From Chrysomallon squamiferum (Eukaryota; Animalia; Mollusca), in contig CM022667.1 in assembly GCA_012295275.1 (NCBI GenBank), positions 12,834,001 through 12,898,000 of the forward strand: DNA of 64,000 nucleotides, in the 5' to 3' direction. Below, in pieces: positions 1 through 14,916 of the stretch. Below the pieces are notes generated by a model that saw nothing but the letters and a program-made list of their open reading frames with translations, did not search any database and was not told where the DNA came from. The translations under genes were made by a program, and so were the position numbers. Positions within the stretch are counted from its first letter, which is position 1. Each line of letters opens with the position of its first letter.

Positions 1-1439
1 TATTTATTTATTTCCTTGCATTTTAGCGTACTCTTCCCAATTAATATATATTGAGAGTATTATCTGAAATCCTTATAACTGTCATTCATACTTACATAAA
101 CTCAGATATACATAGATACATACGTTCATACATACATGTATAAACACATAAACATAAATATCCGTACACACACACACAAATATGTATTCATGCTCATAAA
201 CATCTTTCGCACATAAACAGAGACACACATTCACATCAACATGCTTCTCAACATACATACCGAAAGAAAAAGCGCCATATTAATATGATACACGTGTATG
301 CTTATTCATCATCATAATTATAAACGACCATGATTCTTGATATTATGATTTCTAGTGATCTTCATATTCAAAGTTATTGGTAATCTTTACAGATAACCTA
401 AAAGCTTTTTTAACAATGACATCGCATGACAATCCCTATACGCTAACAGACAGCCCAAAACAAGCTAACAACTGGATGAAGATCCTTATGCTGTTATTCT
501 GGAGACGAACACTGAAATCAGAATAGGAAGAGACAGTGCTGTCATTTTGTTATAATGAGTAATGGAAGTACTAGAACAGTCTTACTTACTTTTCTACACA
601 CACACACACACACATACACGCACGCACACGCACACACACACATATAAACACATTCTCTCTCTCTCTTTCTCTCTCTCTATCTATCTAAATCACTCTCTCT
701 CTTTCTCTCTCTGTATCTATATATCTAAATATCTCTCTTTCGCTCTCTCTCTTCATTGATAACTAATACCTGTTTGCAGTAAGTCGTAATACTATAAGTA
801 ATACATTTTTCGGAAAGGTTTTGTATGATTTTTCAAAATACTAACATGCAAAGTAAATAATGATTAGATAAATTTCATGTCTTAAAGAATTTTTTTCTAT
901 TTTTCTATTTTTTATCTGACTAGTCAGCTACGTAGCGATTTAGACACAAATGCAGAGTTCTTATTTTTCCACCAAGCACCCAACCGTATCAAATCTGACA
1001 TGACAGAATAAAACCTTCCTGTGCTTTTCAACTTTTGTGCAGCTGCTAACTTCAGATATCGATACACTGCACGGTCACAGTAGTTGTCGTAAACAGATCC
1101 TAGCTACCTGGCTACCTACCTACACCCACATACACATTCTCATAAAGCTTCCAAAAGTCAAAATGTTTTCATATAACGCATTTGTTGCTAATTATTATTT
1201 TTTAAGCAGATATTACTGTTCAGTGGGTAAAATAATGTTCTGTTATGTAAAACGTTCTTTCGATTAAGCATATTTAGTTTTATTTATCATAGACCAATAG
1301 TAGCAAAATGAAACTTTTAGATAACAGAGTTTTTCATCTGTGTCTTATGTACGCTGATTAGACTCTCTACGGGAAAGGTACTGAACGACAAAGTCCAAAC
1401 ACGACCTCACAAACTTATGGCACAACAAACACGTACATC

Positions 1440-1537
1440 TATCTTTCTGTCTCTCTAGCTATCTACCTATCAGTCTATTTGTCTGTCTATCTATCTATCT
1501 ATCTATCTGTCTATCTGTATATCTGTCAATCTATCTA

Positions 1538-1572
<35 letters not shown>

Positions 1573-1705
1573 GTCTGTCTGTCTATCTATCAATCTATCT
1601 ATCTGTCTGTTTGTTTGTCTATCTATCTATCTGTCTATCTGTCTGTCTGTCTATCTATCTACCTATCTATCTATGTATTTATCTATTTATCTTTATATCT
1701 ATCTA
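1440..1705. repeat. (TCTA/TCTG)n tetranucleotide array just before the TM exon acceptor
   Basis: Direct; homologous arrays at ~20730-20920 and ~37015-37255. Confidence 0.9.
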
Positions 1706-2006
1706 TTGCAGCCTGCTGAAACAGTTACAAGGAATCAGTGTAGCTGGTTTTCGTGGAAGCGTTTCTGTTTGGGTGTTCTTTTGTGTTTCGTCATCGGCTC
1801 CGCCACTACCACATGTGTATTCGTCACGTTGTACGTTAAACCAGAGAGTAAGTTAAGAGAAAACATCGTGAAGTGTTTGTGGGGTTATTTATTTGTCTTG
1901 TTTTTAATTATTACAATATGAATTTGGAGAGAAAAAAAAAAACTCCCAGAAATGTTATAAAGACTAAGTGAGAGGGTTGTTGGGTAAACAGACATCGTTA
2001 GCAGTC

Positions 2007-2173
<167 letters not shown>

Positions 2174-3045
2174 ATGCAGAAATAGAAAAATAAAAGTAAT
2201 GACTGGAATGGGAGCTTCCCCTTTTTTATTAGTTTTTTTTTTTTTTGTTGCTGTTTTTTTTATTCTTTTTTGTGACACAACAGTTACGCGATCATTTATT
2301 TATTTATTTTGAAATAATAATTATTATAATAATTGTAATAAATATATTTGTTCCAGGTAACACAGGCAACGAAGGAGTAATATCAGAGCAAAGGATGGAT
2401 GACAGTTCAACAAACACGTCATCAGCACCATCAGGTACAAGTTCATCAGCAACACCAAATGCAGCGATACATTTGTCAACGTGGACGACAAGTCCAACGA
2501 CAAGATCATCAACAACTGCTTCAACAACACCGACGACAAGCAGTGCAACAACTGCAACAACTACAACAAAAACCAGTCCAACAACTATACCAACAACCAG
2601 TCCGACAACTACGATGACACCCAGTCCAACAACTACGATGGCACCCAGTCCAACAACACCATCACCAACGGGTACAGTGTTTTTAACTTCATATTTATTT
2701 AGTTTTCCTTTGTTGTTGAAATTTTATCATCATCGTCGTCATCATCTTCATCAAAATAGTCATCACTATCATCATACTTATTTCATTATTAATACTTTAT
2801 TACTTAATTACTTTATATTATCATGACTGACTGATTGATTGATTGATTGATTGATTTGTAAATATTTTCTTTTTTGCACAGATGATTGTAGCAGACCACA
2901 TCGATGTCACAGCTGCTCGAGTCACGAGGTGAATGGACGATGTAAAGCCAATGGACAGTTGGTTGATACAGTAAAATTTGGAATGTCTGAAGTATGCTCA
3001 GTGGCGTGCTATGCCGAAGTCAGACCCACTGATAAAAACTGTAAA

Positions 3046-3102
<57 letters not shown>

Positions 3103-3174
3103 CAACTTACATTATATATATCTTTATGCTTACCTGTCTTCCTACATATATACGTTTATGTAGCTTTACGTTTT

Positions 3175-3374
3175 NNNNNNNNNNNNNNNNNNNNNNNNNN
3201 NNNNNNNNNNNNNNNNNNNNNNNNNNNNNNNNNNNNNNNNNNNNNNNNNNNNNNNNNNNNNNNNNNNNNNNNNNNNNNNNNNNNNNNNNNNNNNNNNNNN
3301 NNNNNNNNNNNNNNNNNNNNNNNNNNNNNNNNNNNNNNNNNNNNNNNNNNNNNNNNNNNNNNNNNNNNNNNNNN
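3175..3374. other. Assembly gap (200 N)
   Basis: Run of N. Confidence 1.
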
Positions 3375-3476
3375 ATGTAGTTTATATACAAGATATGATG
3401 GATGATTATAAACATATGAGATAATACTATCAGTATATATTAACTGGATGAGTACGCTAAAACAAGAAATAACTAA

Positions 3477-3557
<81 letters not shown>

Positions 3558-4207
3558 AAAAAAAATAATAAAAAGTCCTGATGAAAAAGAAAAAAGATAT
3601 GACGAAAGAAGAAATGGAAGAAAAAAGTGCTCGAAGAAGCAATAACAAACAGCAGTACAGAAAGTGATGAGAAAAAGAAGAAAATAATGAGACAGAAAGA
3701 AAAACCATTAGAATAATTAAAAGAAACAAAATTAAAATAATAATAAACAAATACAAAACAAAACAACGAATAAACTAAAAGATATACTAATCTATTCTAC
3801 AACAAAATAATAGAGAAAAATGTATAAATTTTATAAACAAAAGCAGAAACTTACATTTTAAACTCTAAACGATCTCTAAAAGTGCTTTTCTCCAAATACT
3901 CAGCACCACGTCTTCTTCTAATGTTACTAGCAGAATTATGCGGGGTACTTTTCTTTGCGTATACCCAACGTAATATTTTGTACTAGGAAGCTCAGATCAT
4001 GTTTCATGTGCATATATGTTTTATCATAATATCTTCAGTGTTTTGTGCGGGTGCTGTAGTGTGTATAAGATTTTGTTTTGGATAATATTTTCTATACATT
4101 CTTTTTTGCAATTGCTTTGTGAGGAAATGATTAGTGAAGCCTGAAAAACGACAATCTAAGTTAAATATTTTCTTCAAGTAGTGAAATAACGCGACTTAAG
4201 TTGTACG

Positions 4208-4262
<55 letters not shown>

Positions 4263-4674
4263 GAATCTCTCAAAAGAAATATATATAAATAAACGAGAAA
4301 TAAAAAAGTAAAATAAACATAAAAAAATGTATTTAGGTGTGTGTGTGTGTGTGTATGTATGAACACGTGTATATATGTGTACTTATGTACGTACGTATAT
4401 GTTTTTGTATTAATATATATATAATCTGATGTGTATATGTGTATCATGCATACTGGTCTTTCATTTAAAAATAATATACGGTTGATTTGTTTTTCAGAAC
4501 AGTTTATTTTAGAAACATAAAAGATGGAAATATACCCATTTGCACTACCAGAGAATGCATAACTGATAATAAAAGTAAAAAACCAATACAGTTATAATAA
4601 GTAAAATAAATAAAATTCATAACCCGATTGTTGCATGGCACAGTTTACTTGCATGCTGTAAATAATACTTCAGC

Positions 4675-4712
<38 letters not shown>

Positions 4713-5733
4713 ATATTTGTAGTGACGGTCATGGCAAAGTATGTTTCAGATGAATGTTATTTCATTTCATTGAGGTTTAAAGCAGAAAGACTAACGTTAA
4801 ATATATTCGATGGCAGAAAGAAAAAGCAATTAGAATAATTTTAAAATAATAATAATAATAATAAATAAATAAAAATAAATACAAAATTAAATAATAATAA
4901 TTAAAAATTAAAAAAAATAAAGAAAAAAAAATAAAGAAAAAAGATACGAATATGGTAAAAGAGGTAAGAATCTGAATGAAAAACAAAATAACATAGAAAA
5001 ATGTATGAATTTTGCAAACAAAAGCAGAAACTTACATTTTAAAATTTAAACGATCTGTTTTAAAAAGTCCTTTTCTCCAAATACTTATCACCACGTCTTC
5101 TTATAATGTTTTTTGTAAATTATTCAGGTTATTTTTCTTTGTGTATAACCTACGTAATACTTGATAGGAGGAAGTTCAGATTATGTTTCAGTTGCCTCTG
5201 CGGTTTATCATAATATCTTTGCGTTTTGTGCGGGTGCTGTTGTGTGAAACATTTTCTTTTATGGTTACATGTTCTTTACTTTTTTCTTTCTTTCTTTTTT
5301 TTTTTTTTTTTTTTTTCGTTTGGTTTGTCACGAAATATTTAGTGATGGATGAAAAGTCCTTTTCTCCAAACACTTATCACTGCGTCTTCTTCTAATGTTT
5401 CTGGCAGAATTATTCAGGTTATTGTGCTATTCACAATTTTGTAGGACGAAGTTCAGATCATATTTCACTTGCGTATAAGGTTTGTCATAATATCTTTGCG
5501 TTTTGTGCTGGTGTTGTTATGTGTAGCAGTTTCTTTTAAGGTAATATCTTCGTTATCTTTTTATTTTATTTTATTTATTTTTTTTAAAAATTTATTATTT
5601 TGTTTTTTTTTTTTTTCTTTTTTTTTTTTTTTTTGCTTTCGGTTTATGACGAAATGGTTAGTGATCAGTGAAAGGCAGAAATCAAAGTTAATATTTTTGT
5701 GAGGTAATGCAATAATGGAATTTACGTTGTACG

Positions 5734-5784
<51 letters not shown>

Positions 5785-6680
5785 GTAAATAGGAAACTCT
5801 CAAAGACCTGTCCCCCACAAAAAAAAAAAAAAAAAAAATTAAAATAAAATAAACAATAAACCCACAACAGACAAAACCTAAAAAAATCAATGTATTTAGG
5901 TATGTGTGTATGTGTTCGTATGTGTGTACAGACGTGTGTGTATATGTGTGCGTATTCATGTATGTATGTATGTATTTGTGTACGTATGTAGAGTATGCGT
6001 ACTGATCTTTCATTTAAAAATAATATTAACTATATGAATTATTATTTTAGAACGTTTCATTTACTCTTCAAGATATATTTTAGATCTTCCTTTTTACAAA
6101 GATTAAAAAATACAAATATACCCATTTGCACTACCAGAGAATGCATAATTGATAATGAAAGAGAAAAAAAACAAATACAGTTATGATAAATAAATTCATT
6201 GTCAGAAATAAAAGTTTTCATATAGTATATGTTGTTGGCCTATTGATAAATGTTAATTTGTTTTAGTTTGAAAAAAAGTTAAGTTAGGCAAAAGACAACT
6301 GAAGTTCCTAACGAAGAGAAAGTCACTCATTTTCTGAAGCGAAAACACCGGAGGATGACGTGTACATTCCTGTATATGGGAAGTTATTATAAGTGTTCGG
6401 TTGCTGCTAACTGAAAAGAGTTGTACGTCCACCGCTTGATGACAGTGGATTTCACCTGTAATTATCTGCGTATACATCTAAACTTAACAGGTTCACTTAA
6501 AAGTCACTGTAGTTATGTCGTACAACGCCATGGAACAATGTACTTACATCAGTCTGGCATTAATACCTATGTTGTTGAATTTAATTGGTTAAAATTCTTT
6601 AATTAAACCTGATTTACGGGGTAGAACCCCATCTAAACGCGATAACTGCGCTGGGAGGAAATTACGGAAAACATTTAGCT

Positions 6681-6881
6681 ATGGCGGACGCGTTGGTAGA
6701 GCCTCCTGTGGAACTGTTGTTCTTTGATACATTTTCGCACGAAGATAGTGAAGTAGCTATAGCTTATTTATTTAAAAATAAATCAAATATTTTGTTTGAG
6801 CAAAAGGCATACAAAAACCTTTAATATTTCCGAAAAAACAGTGTATGTCACAGAAACTTTTGAACACACACACAAACACAC

Positions 6882-6945
<64 letters not shown>

Positions 6946-7657
6946 GTATGCTAATCAAATCCATTTTGTAGCAGACACCGATAAATCCCTGACATAAATT
7001 CACTGAAATTCTTTGATTAGTTTTTAAAAAATTGACAAATGACAAGCACCTTTTTTTCACATAGTCACAGCTCTGTTTGTCCACCCAGCTTATGTGAATT
7101 TGTGGCCTTATCGAGATGGTGGCAAGTTATTTCTCTGAATTAAATGTCATTTATTTTGCATATATTAGTGTTAACAATGGAGTACTTTGATACTGTTCAG
7201 GAGCTAGTATTTATTTTCACCAGTTGGGCACAAGAAGAGAGTTAATTCTGCAAATTCAGTTTCACACACACAAAAAAAAAAATGTGATGTACCAATGCTG
7301 TGAAAAAGTGATCATCCTTTGCTACAGACACTTTGTGTGTGCAAACTGGAGACATGTAATCATTACTTAATCATGCATTTTTATAATATTATAGTTTTGT
7401 TATAATCAGCATTGAAATGTATTTATTTATTTAGAAGTCTTGACAAATTATAAATTCAGTTAAATTAAAATGTTTAATGTTTTTATATTTGAACACTTCA
7501 GATGAATATCTGAGTGAAATGTAGTGATGCTTTCATAATAATAATAATAATAAATCTTGATATCATTCAGGGCTACCAACCCGTCAAGTTTCAAGCTGGA
7601 ATTGTTTGTCAACAATCTTGGCAAATCAAATGCTTTAACATTTGAGCAGCTTGGCTA
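6681..7657 (+). pseudogene. VIRMA: VIRMA 5' partial duplicate: exon 1 (6681-6752) and exon 3 (7571-7657); exon 2 deleted
   Basis: MADALVEPPVELLFFDTFSHEDSE. About 0.8 kb corresponding to ~42310-43125 is absent. Homology to VIRMA intron 3 ends at the Tc1 element. Confidence 0.9.
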
Positions 7658-7923
7658 GTAAGTATTCATGAAAAATATATTTTGAGTAACTGGAATGCAG
7701 ATTTTTCGCTTGTTAAATCGGTAACTCAGTCCCCAGTGCATTCATTTCAGCCAATACAAAGTATGTTCCTTGCTAGTGGAAGATGTAGGTAGAAGTTTCT
7801 TTGTTGGTAATTAAAAAGAATAGTTATAAAAAGTTATAAAATAGTATGCATCCTTTCACATAATAACTATATTAGGTGTCATAAAACATATATATATATA
7901 TATATATAAATATATATAATATA

Positions 7924-8894
7924 AAATCCGGAGATTTAGAGGGTCAGGGCAGGACCTGAATGTTATTGTTGTGTAGGTACGCTGTTGTGAGTCTGGTATC
8001 GCATTCTCGTGCTGGAATACAGCATTACCATTATTCATAATTGGAGCGACATGTGGCTGCAAAATTTCATCTGGATATCTCTGTGTCGTTAAGTTGCCTT
8101 GGATGTGAACCAGGTTGGTCCTGCCAGTGTATGAGATTGCTGCCCACACCATCACACTACCACCGTCCAATCTGTCCCCTTCCTGTATGTAGTTTGCAGC
8201 AAAACGTTCACCACGACGTCTGTAAACTCGACATCTTCCATCAGCTCGACGAAGCAGAAATCGAGCCTCGTCATTAAACCAGTCAGTTCTCCGTCGTAAC
8301 TGAGGCCAGACGCTGTGCAGTTGACACCACTGACGTCGTAGTCGACGATGTTGTTGAGTCAAAACCACACTTCTTACAGGCCGTCTGGCTCGAATACTTG
8401 CCTCGCGTAAACGATTGCACACTGTCTGAGCCGATATTCTACGCAGACCTGGATTTGCTGAAGCAGTAGAGGTAGCCGTGGTGATCCTTTCCCGTAGAGG
8501 AAGTACCCGTGTGTAGAGGTCCAGGGCCCTGGTGGTCTACACGTGGTCTACCTGATCAGGGACGTGTTGTTTGGTGTTGCTGGAACCGATACTACAATCT
8601 TGGGGATACATGGAACACTCGGGCTACAGCCGAGAAGGATTCGCCAGCTTGTAAACGGCCGATGGCGTTGTTTCATTGCGGTTCACTCGGTCGTGGCATT
8701 TGTTTGATGTTGGGTAAGAACAAAAATAACGAACAGAAGCATTCGAAAACCTTGCATTTTTATAACCCTCGTATTCAAGTTTCTTGTGCCTCACGTGCAG
8801 ATGTACTGGTAACGTGGTTTGCATGCGGGGACGTTTTCGCTAATAAACATGATCGTAGCCTTTATTTTGTGTTACCTGCTTTTTGGCGACTGTA
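7924..8894 (-). mobile_element. Decayed Tc1/mariner DNA transposon, one end truncated
   Basis: Transposase remnants from ATG at 8699 (MPRPSE..AIGRLQAGES, SGRPR, RLREA.IRARRP, WFNDEARF, GGSVMVWAAIS, FQHENA, SPD). Terminus reads TA|CAGTCGCCAAAAAG on the minus strand at 8894. Several stops and frameshifts; no second TIR seen. Confidence 0.9.
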
Positions 8895-9017
8895 ACAAAA
8901 GCTATACGTTTGAATCACGAAATGTCATTATATTCATAGTTTGATATGTGTCAGTTTACAATAGTTATCTAACAAATCAACCAGTTTGCCTTTCTTTTTT
9001 GGGAGAGTATAGATGCA

Positions 9018-10197
9018 TTAAAATCCCTCGAAACACAAAAGAACACCTACACAGAAACGCTTCCACGAAAACCAGATACATGTGACTGTTTCAGGAGGCT
9101 GCAATATATAGATAGATATATAGACAGATATATAGATAGATAGGTAGATAGATAGGTAGACAGACAGAGAGACAGAACGATAAATGTGTATGTGCTTGCA
9201 CACACAAACATACATACGTTCACACATACGTACCGACATATATACATATACACACATACAGACATACATACATACACACACACACAATCAGCGGACATGA
9301 CGTAGTTTAGAGCCACTGTTATGTAACAGTTTAATTTTGCTACTATTTATTTCTTATAAATAAAAATAAATATGAAAAATAAAAAGAACGATTTATATAA
9401 CACAACATTGTTTTACTCACTGAACAGTAATATCTGTTTATAAAACAATAATTAGAAACAAATGCGTTATATGAAAACAGTTTGACTTTTGGAAGCTTTA
9501 TATGTTACCATTGGTAGGTATCGGTTAAAATACAGCCACTGTAACCGTTGTATGTATCGGTGACAGTTGAAATATTATCAGCTCGAGATATTACTAAAAT
9601 TAGAACCTGCAAAAGATGAAAAGCATGGGACGAAGGATTTACTTTGACGTATGAAATTTGAAATGGTTGAGAGCAGGGTTGAAAAATAAGAACTCTCCAT
9701 TTATGTCTAAATCGCTACGTAACTGACTAGTCAGATTAAAAACAAGAAGAAAAAAAACTTTAAGACATGAAATTTATCTAATAATAATTTACTCAGCATG
9801 TTAGTATTTTGAACAATCATACAAAACCTTTTCCAAAAAAATTTTATTATTGATAGTTTTACATCTGACTGAAACAGGTGTTAGTTATCAAATATAGTTA
9901 TCAATAGAGAGAGAGAGAGAGAGTGTATGTGTATGTGTTAGTTTATGTGTTTGTGTGTGTGTGTGTGTGTGTGTATCTGTATGTGGAAAGGAAAGTAGGA
10001 CCACTCTAAATTACATTACTACTTACATTACTCATTATAACGTTATGTGTTGCACAGGGTGAATCCTTCTCAGCACTGCCTTTTCCAATTTTTATTTCAG
10101 TGTTCGTCTCCAGAATATCAGCATAAGGATCTTCAATCAGTGTGTTAACTTGTTTCTTGCTGTCTGTTAGTGTATACGGGTTGTCTTTCGATATCAT
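9018..10197 (-). pseudogene. Truncated receptor copy D (tail exon 10197-10027 plus first half of TM exon from 9098)
   Basis: MISKDNPYTL...EDPYADIL...DSPCATH|gtaagt; [23 protein letters not shown], then homology breaks near 9029 and a stop follows. Confidence 0.8.
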
Positions 10198-10756
10198 GTT
10201 GAAAAAAAAAGCGTTTAGGTTTTCTGCAAAATATTACAAATACCTTTGAACATGAAGATCACTAGAAATCATAATATGTTAGGATGATGTAGTCTGTGAT
10301 GTTGAAGTGTACACGTGTATCATGTTACTATAGCTCTCTTTCTGTCTGTATGTATGTTGACATGCATGTTGGTCTAAATGCATGTCTCTGTGTGTGTATG
10401 ACGTTTGTGAGCATGAGTATATACATGAATGTATGTATATATGCATCTGGATCTTTATATATATTTGTGTGAATGTAGGATGTAAGTGACTCTGTCTGTC
10501 TGTATGTATGTATATGTATGTATATGTGGACAGTTATGAGGATATCAGAAAATACTATGCATTTGTATATGTATACGGATATTTGTATGTATGTGTTTTT
10601 ACATGTGTATATTAATGTTTATGTATGTAGGATGTATGTGTATGTATAAATACCTGTATCTATGTATATGTGTATTTCTATAAGTATGATGGACAGTTAT
10701 GAAGTTATCGGGTATATTAATCGGGATGTGTACTCAACAGTGCAAGGAAATAGGTC

Positions 10757-10806
<50 letters not shown>

Positions 10807-11591
10807 TAATAAAAATAATAATAAAAATAATAAAAGAAGAATAAATAGTAGTAGTAATTTATTTTAAAAATACAAATGAAAGGTAATATAAAGAAGAATC
10901 AAATATATGAGTAACATCTTTCTAAATTATTCGGGGTTTTTTTTGCATCTTTGTAAATACCCAACGTAGTGTTTTTGTACAAGGAAGTTCAGTTTCAATT
11001 GCTTATACGGTTTATCATAACATCTTTGTGGTTTTAAGTGTGTTTTTTTTTTTTTTTGAAAAAATGATAACAGTTACATATTTTTATGAGGTAATGCAAT
11101 AATTGTACCAGTCTTATGTTGTAAGGTAAATAAATAAGAATCTTCTCAAAAGAAATATATATAAAAAAAACAACAAATAAAAAAAGTAAAATAATAAACA
11201 TAAAAAATGTATTTAGGTGTGTGTGTGTGTGTGTGTGTATGAACATGTGTATATATGTATACCTATGTACGTACTTATATTTTTTGTTGTGTGTATGTAT
11301 ATATAATATGATGTGTATATATGTCTGTGCTTATGCATACTGGTATGTTTTTCATTTAAAAATATATATAATCTGTTGTGTTTATTTTTTGGTCATTTTA
11401 TTTAAAAACATAAAAGATGGAAATTTTACCCAATATTATTTTAGAAACACTACCAGAGAATGCAAAACAGATAATAAAAGTAAAAAACAAATATAGTTAT
11501 AATAAGTAAAATAAATAAAATTCGTAAGCGACTGTTGCATGGGACAGTTTACTTGCATGCTGTAAATAATACTTTAGCGACACCCACACAG

Positions 11592-11653
<62 letters not shown>

Positions 11654-11876
11654 TTTGTAATGACGGTCATGACAAAGTATGTTTCAGATGAATGTTATTT
11701 CATCATTTCATTGACGTCTAAAGCAGAAAGACTCATGTTAAATATATTCTTTGTCAAAAATAAGAGTTTTGATATAGTATATCTTGTTGGCATATTGATA
11801 AATGTTATTTTTCTTTGCAGTTTGAAAAAAAGTCAATGATGACAGCAAGAAGAATCAATTAGAATAATAAAAAATA

Positions 11877-11923
<47 letters not shown>

Positions 11924-13077
11924 GAACATAGAAAAAGAAGAAGAACGTCTAGAAGAAGAAGAAAAAAGATACGACGAAAGAGGAAATGGAAGAAGAAGAA
12001 GAGCTCGAAGAAGCAGTGACAAACAGCAGTACAGAAACTAATGAGAAAAAGAAGAATGAACTGAAAGAAGAATAAAATGATGAAAGAAAGAAAAAGCTAA
12101 TTAATTTTAAAATAATTTTAAAATAATAATTTTAATAATAAAAGAATAAGAAGAAAAAGAAAAAAGAAGAATTAAAACCAAAATAACACAAACAAAATGT
12201 ACAAATAGAATACTTACATTTTAAACTCTAAACGATTTTTTTTAAAGTTTTTCTCCAAATACACAGCACCAAGTATTTGTCTAATGTTTTTAGAATTATT
12301 CGGGATATTTTTCTGTGTGTATAACCAACGTAATGTTTTGTACCAGGAAGTTCAGATCATATTCCACTTGTATATACGGTTTGTCACAAAGTCTTTGCGT
12401 TTTGTGCGTGTGCTGTGGTGTGTAGCATTTTGTCTTATGGTAATATCTTTTTTATATTGTTTTTTTATTTTTTTTATTTTTTTTTTGGTTTATGGCGAAA
12501 TGTTTAGTGAGGCATGAAAAGGCAGAAATATTTTTATGAAAACCACTACATGTGACTTTATTTCAGAGGTTAATTAATTAAAAATAAAACAAATAAATAA
12601 CCCCAAAACACCTGGGACTTACGTTGTAAATAAATAAGTGGTAGAAAACAAAACAATAAATAGGAACCTTTCAAAGACTCTTCCCCACACACAAAAAAAA
12701 AAAATAAATAAATTAAATAATAAATTAAAAAATGTAAAAGTGTATTTGTTTTTTTCAAAATAAATCTGCAAAAATGATTTTCATAGAAAAATATATTGTT
12801 GGACATAATCATAAAATGTTATTTTACTTTTTAAAATAAGTTTAAAAAAGTTAATGATGACAGGTATTAGTAAAAGAACCTTTAAGGGATAAAATAATAA
12901 TAATAATAGATTTGAACAAGAAGAAGAGAGAGAAACAGGTATTAGAAGAAGAAGAAAAAGATATGACGAAAGAGAGAAAGAGGAAGAAGAAGAAAACGAA
13001 GAAAAGCTCGAAAAAAAGAGTGACAAACAGTGTGTGTGTGTACAGAGTAGGACCGCTCTAGATTACGTACTACTTAC

Positions 13078-13232
13078 ATTACTCATTATAATAGTATGTG
13101 TTGCATAGGCGAATCCTTCTCAACAATTTTGATTTCAGTGTTCGTCTCCAGAATAACGGAATAAGGATTTTCATCCTCTTCATCAACTTGTTCCTGGCCT
13201 TCTGATAGCGTATAGGTTTTATATGATGTCAT
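13078..13232 (-). pseudogene. Orphan, frameshifted receptor tail exon
   Basis: MTSYKTYTLSEGQEQVDEEDENPYSVILETNTEIKIVEKDSP then a -1 shift to a stop; gtaagt donor retained; no TM exon directly downstream. Confidence 0.75.
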
Positions 13233-13662
13233 GGTGAAGAAAAAGCTTTTAGCTTCTCTGTAAAGATTACGAATAACATTCAATATGAAAATCACTAGAA
13301 ATCATAATATGTAGAATGATGTAGTCATATGATGATGAAGTGTGAATGTGTATTATATTCATGTGGCTCTTCTTCTATCTGTATGTATCTTGTCATGTAT
13401 GCTGGTGTATATGTGTGTTTATGTTTGTATGTGATGTTTGTGAGCATGAATATATAAATGAATGTATGCATGTGTATATGTATACGGATATTTATATGTA
13501 TGTTTTTTATGTGTATATTAATGTATATGTATATAGGATGCATGTGTATGTATGAATGTATGTATCTATGTATATGTGTATTTCTATAAGTAAGATGGAC
13601 AGTTATTAAGTTATGAGATATATTAATCGGGATGAGTACTCAACAGTGCAAGGAAATAAGTA

Positions 13663-13713
<51 letters not shown>

Positions 13714-14916
13714 TTAAAAACTGGATTATAAATAAATGAAACGATAAAAAGATACGAATAAGCTAAAAGAGGTAAGAATCTAAATGAAAAACAATATAAC
13801 AGAGAAAAATGTAAATATTTTATAAAAAAAAGAAAAGAAAAAAAAAGCAGAAACTTACGTTTTAATCCCTAAAGGAATCTTTTTTTAAAGTCCATTTTCT
13901 GCAAACAGTCACCACTACGTCTTCTTCTGATATCACTACCAGAATTATTCGTTGTTATTTTCACTACCATCGAATTCGTTTTGTTAGGAAGTTCACTTCG
14001 TGTATTCAACGTAATATTTTTGTACTAGTTTTGTTCAGTTCATGATTCACCCATTTTTTTATGATTATATTCTTTTACCATAGTGATGTATGTCTATGAT
14101 ATATATATATAAATAAACCCTCACAAAACAGAAAGATATTATGACAAACCATATACATGAGTGAATCACATTTACAAACACTTATTATGCGTCTACGTCT
14201 TTAATTTAAAAGTAATATTATTCGGTGTCAATTATTTTTCAGAACGTTTTATTTATCCTTCATGATATATTTCGCCTTTTTGTTTTACAATCGTAGAGCA
14301 CTCAAATACACCCATTCACACTGCCAGAGACACATGAATGCACAACTGATAATGAAAGTAAAAAACCAATACAGTTGTAATAAATAAATAAATAAAATTC
14401 ATAATCGACTGTTGCATGGCAAATTTTACTTGCATGCACATACACACATTTGTACAAACACACACACACGGTCATGACAAAGTATGTTTCAGATTAATAT
14501 TATTTCATTTCATTGATGTATAAAGTAGAAAGACTGACATTAAATATATCCATTGAAAGTTTTCTCGTAGTATATCTGCATACAGGAAGTTATTATAAAC
14601 GTTAGGTTGTTGATAACTGAAAAGAGTTGTACGTCCAAAGCTTGATAACAGTGGGTTTCATCTCTAATTATCTGCGTACAAATCCAAACTTAACAGGTTT
14701 ACTTAAAAATCACTGTAGTTATGGAATTCAACACCATGGAGCAATTTACTTACATCAGTCTGGTATTTCTACCTATGTTGTTGATGTGAATTGGTTAAAA
14801 TTCTTTAATTAACCTGATTTACGGGGTAGATTTAATCCATCGTAGAATCCCATCTAAACGAAAGAGTGCGCTGGAGGCTCGTGAACAAAGAAGGAAATTA
14901 CGGAAACACTTTAGCC

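Larger units (their letters stand above)
3375..12364 (+). repeat. ~9 kb segmental duplicate, near-identical to ~22310-31715
   Basis: Colinear match at about 18.9 kb offset, including VIRMA exon 1/3 copies, Tc1 and the truncated receptor; paired identical ORFs in the track. Confidence 0.9.

Noticed and set aside
3107-3415. ORFs spanning N runs (also 31666-31986)
   Set aside because: Artefacts of assembly gaps.
6421-6606. 61-aa ORF repeated at 14627 and 25352 upstream of VIRMA exon 1
   Set aside because: Non-ATG start, and the copy at the real locus (~41960-42120) has an earlier stop; most likely promoter-region sequence.
8509-8895. 128-aa plus-strand ORF, duplicated at 27434-27820
   Set aside because: Antisense to the Tc1 transposase; conserved only because of the recent duplication.
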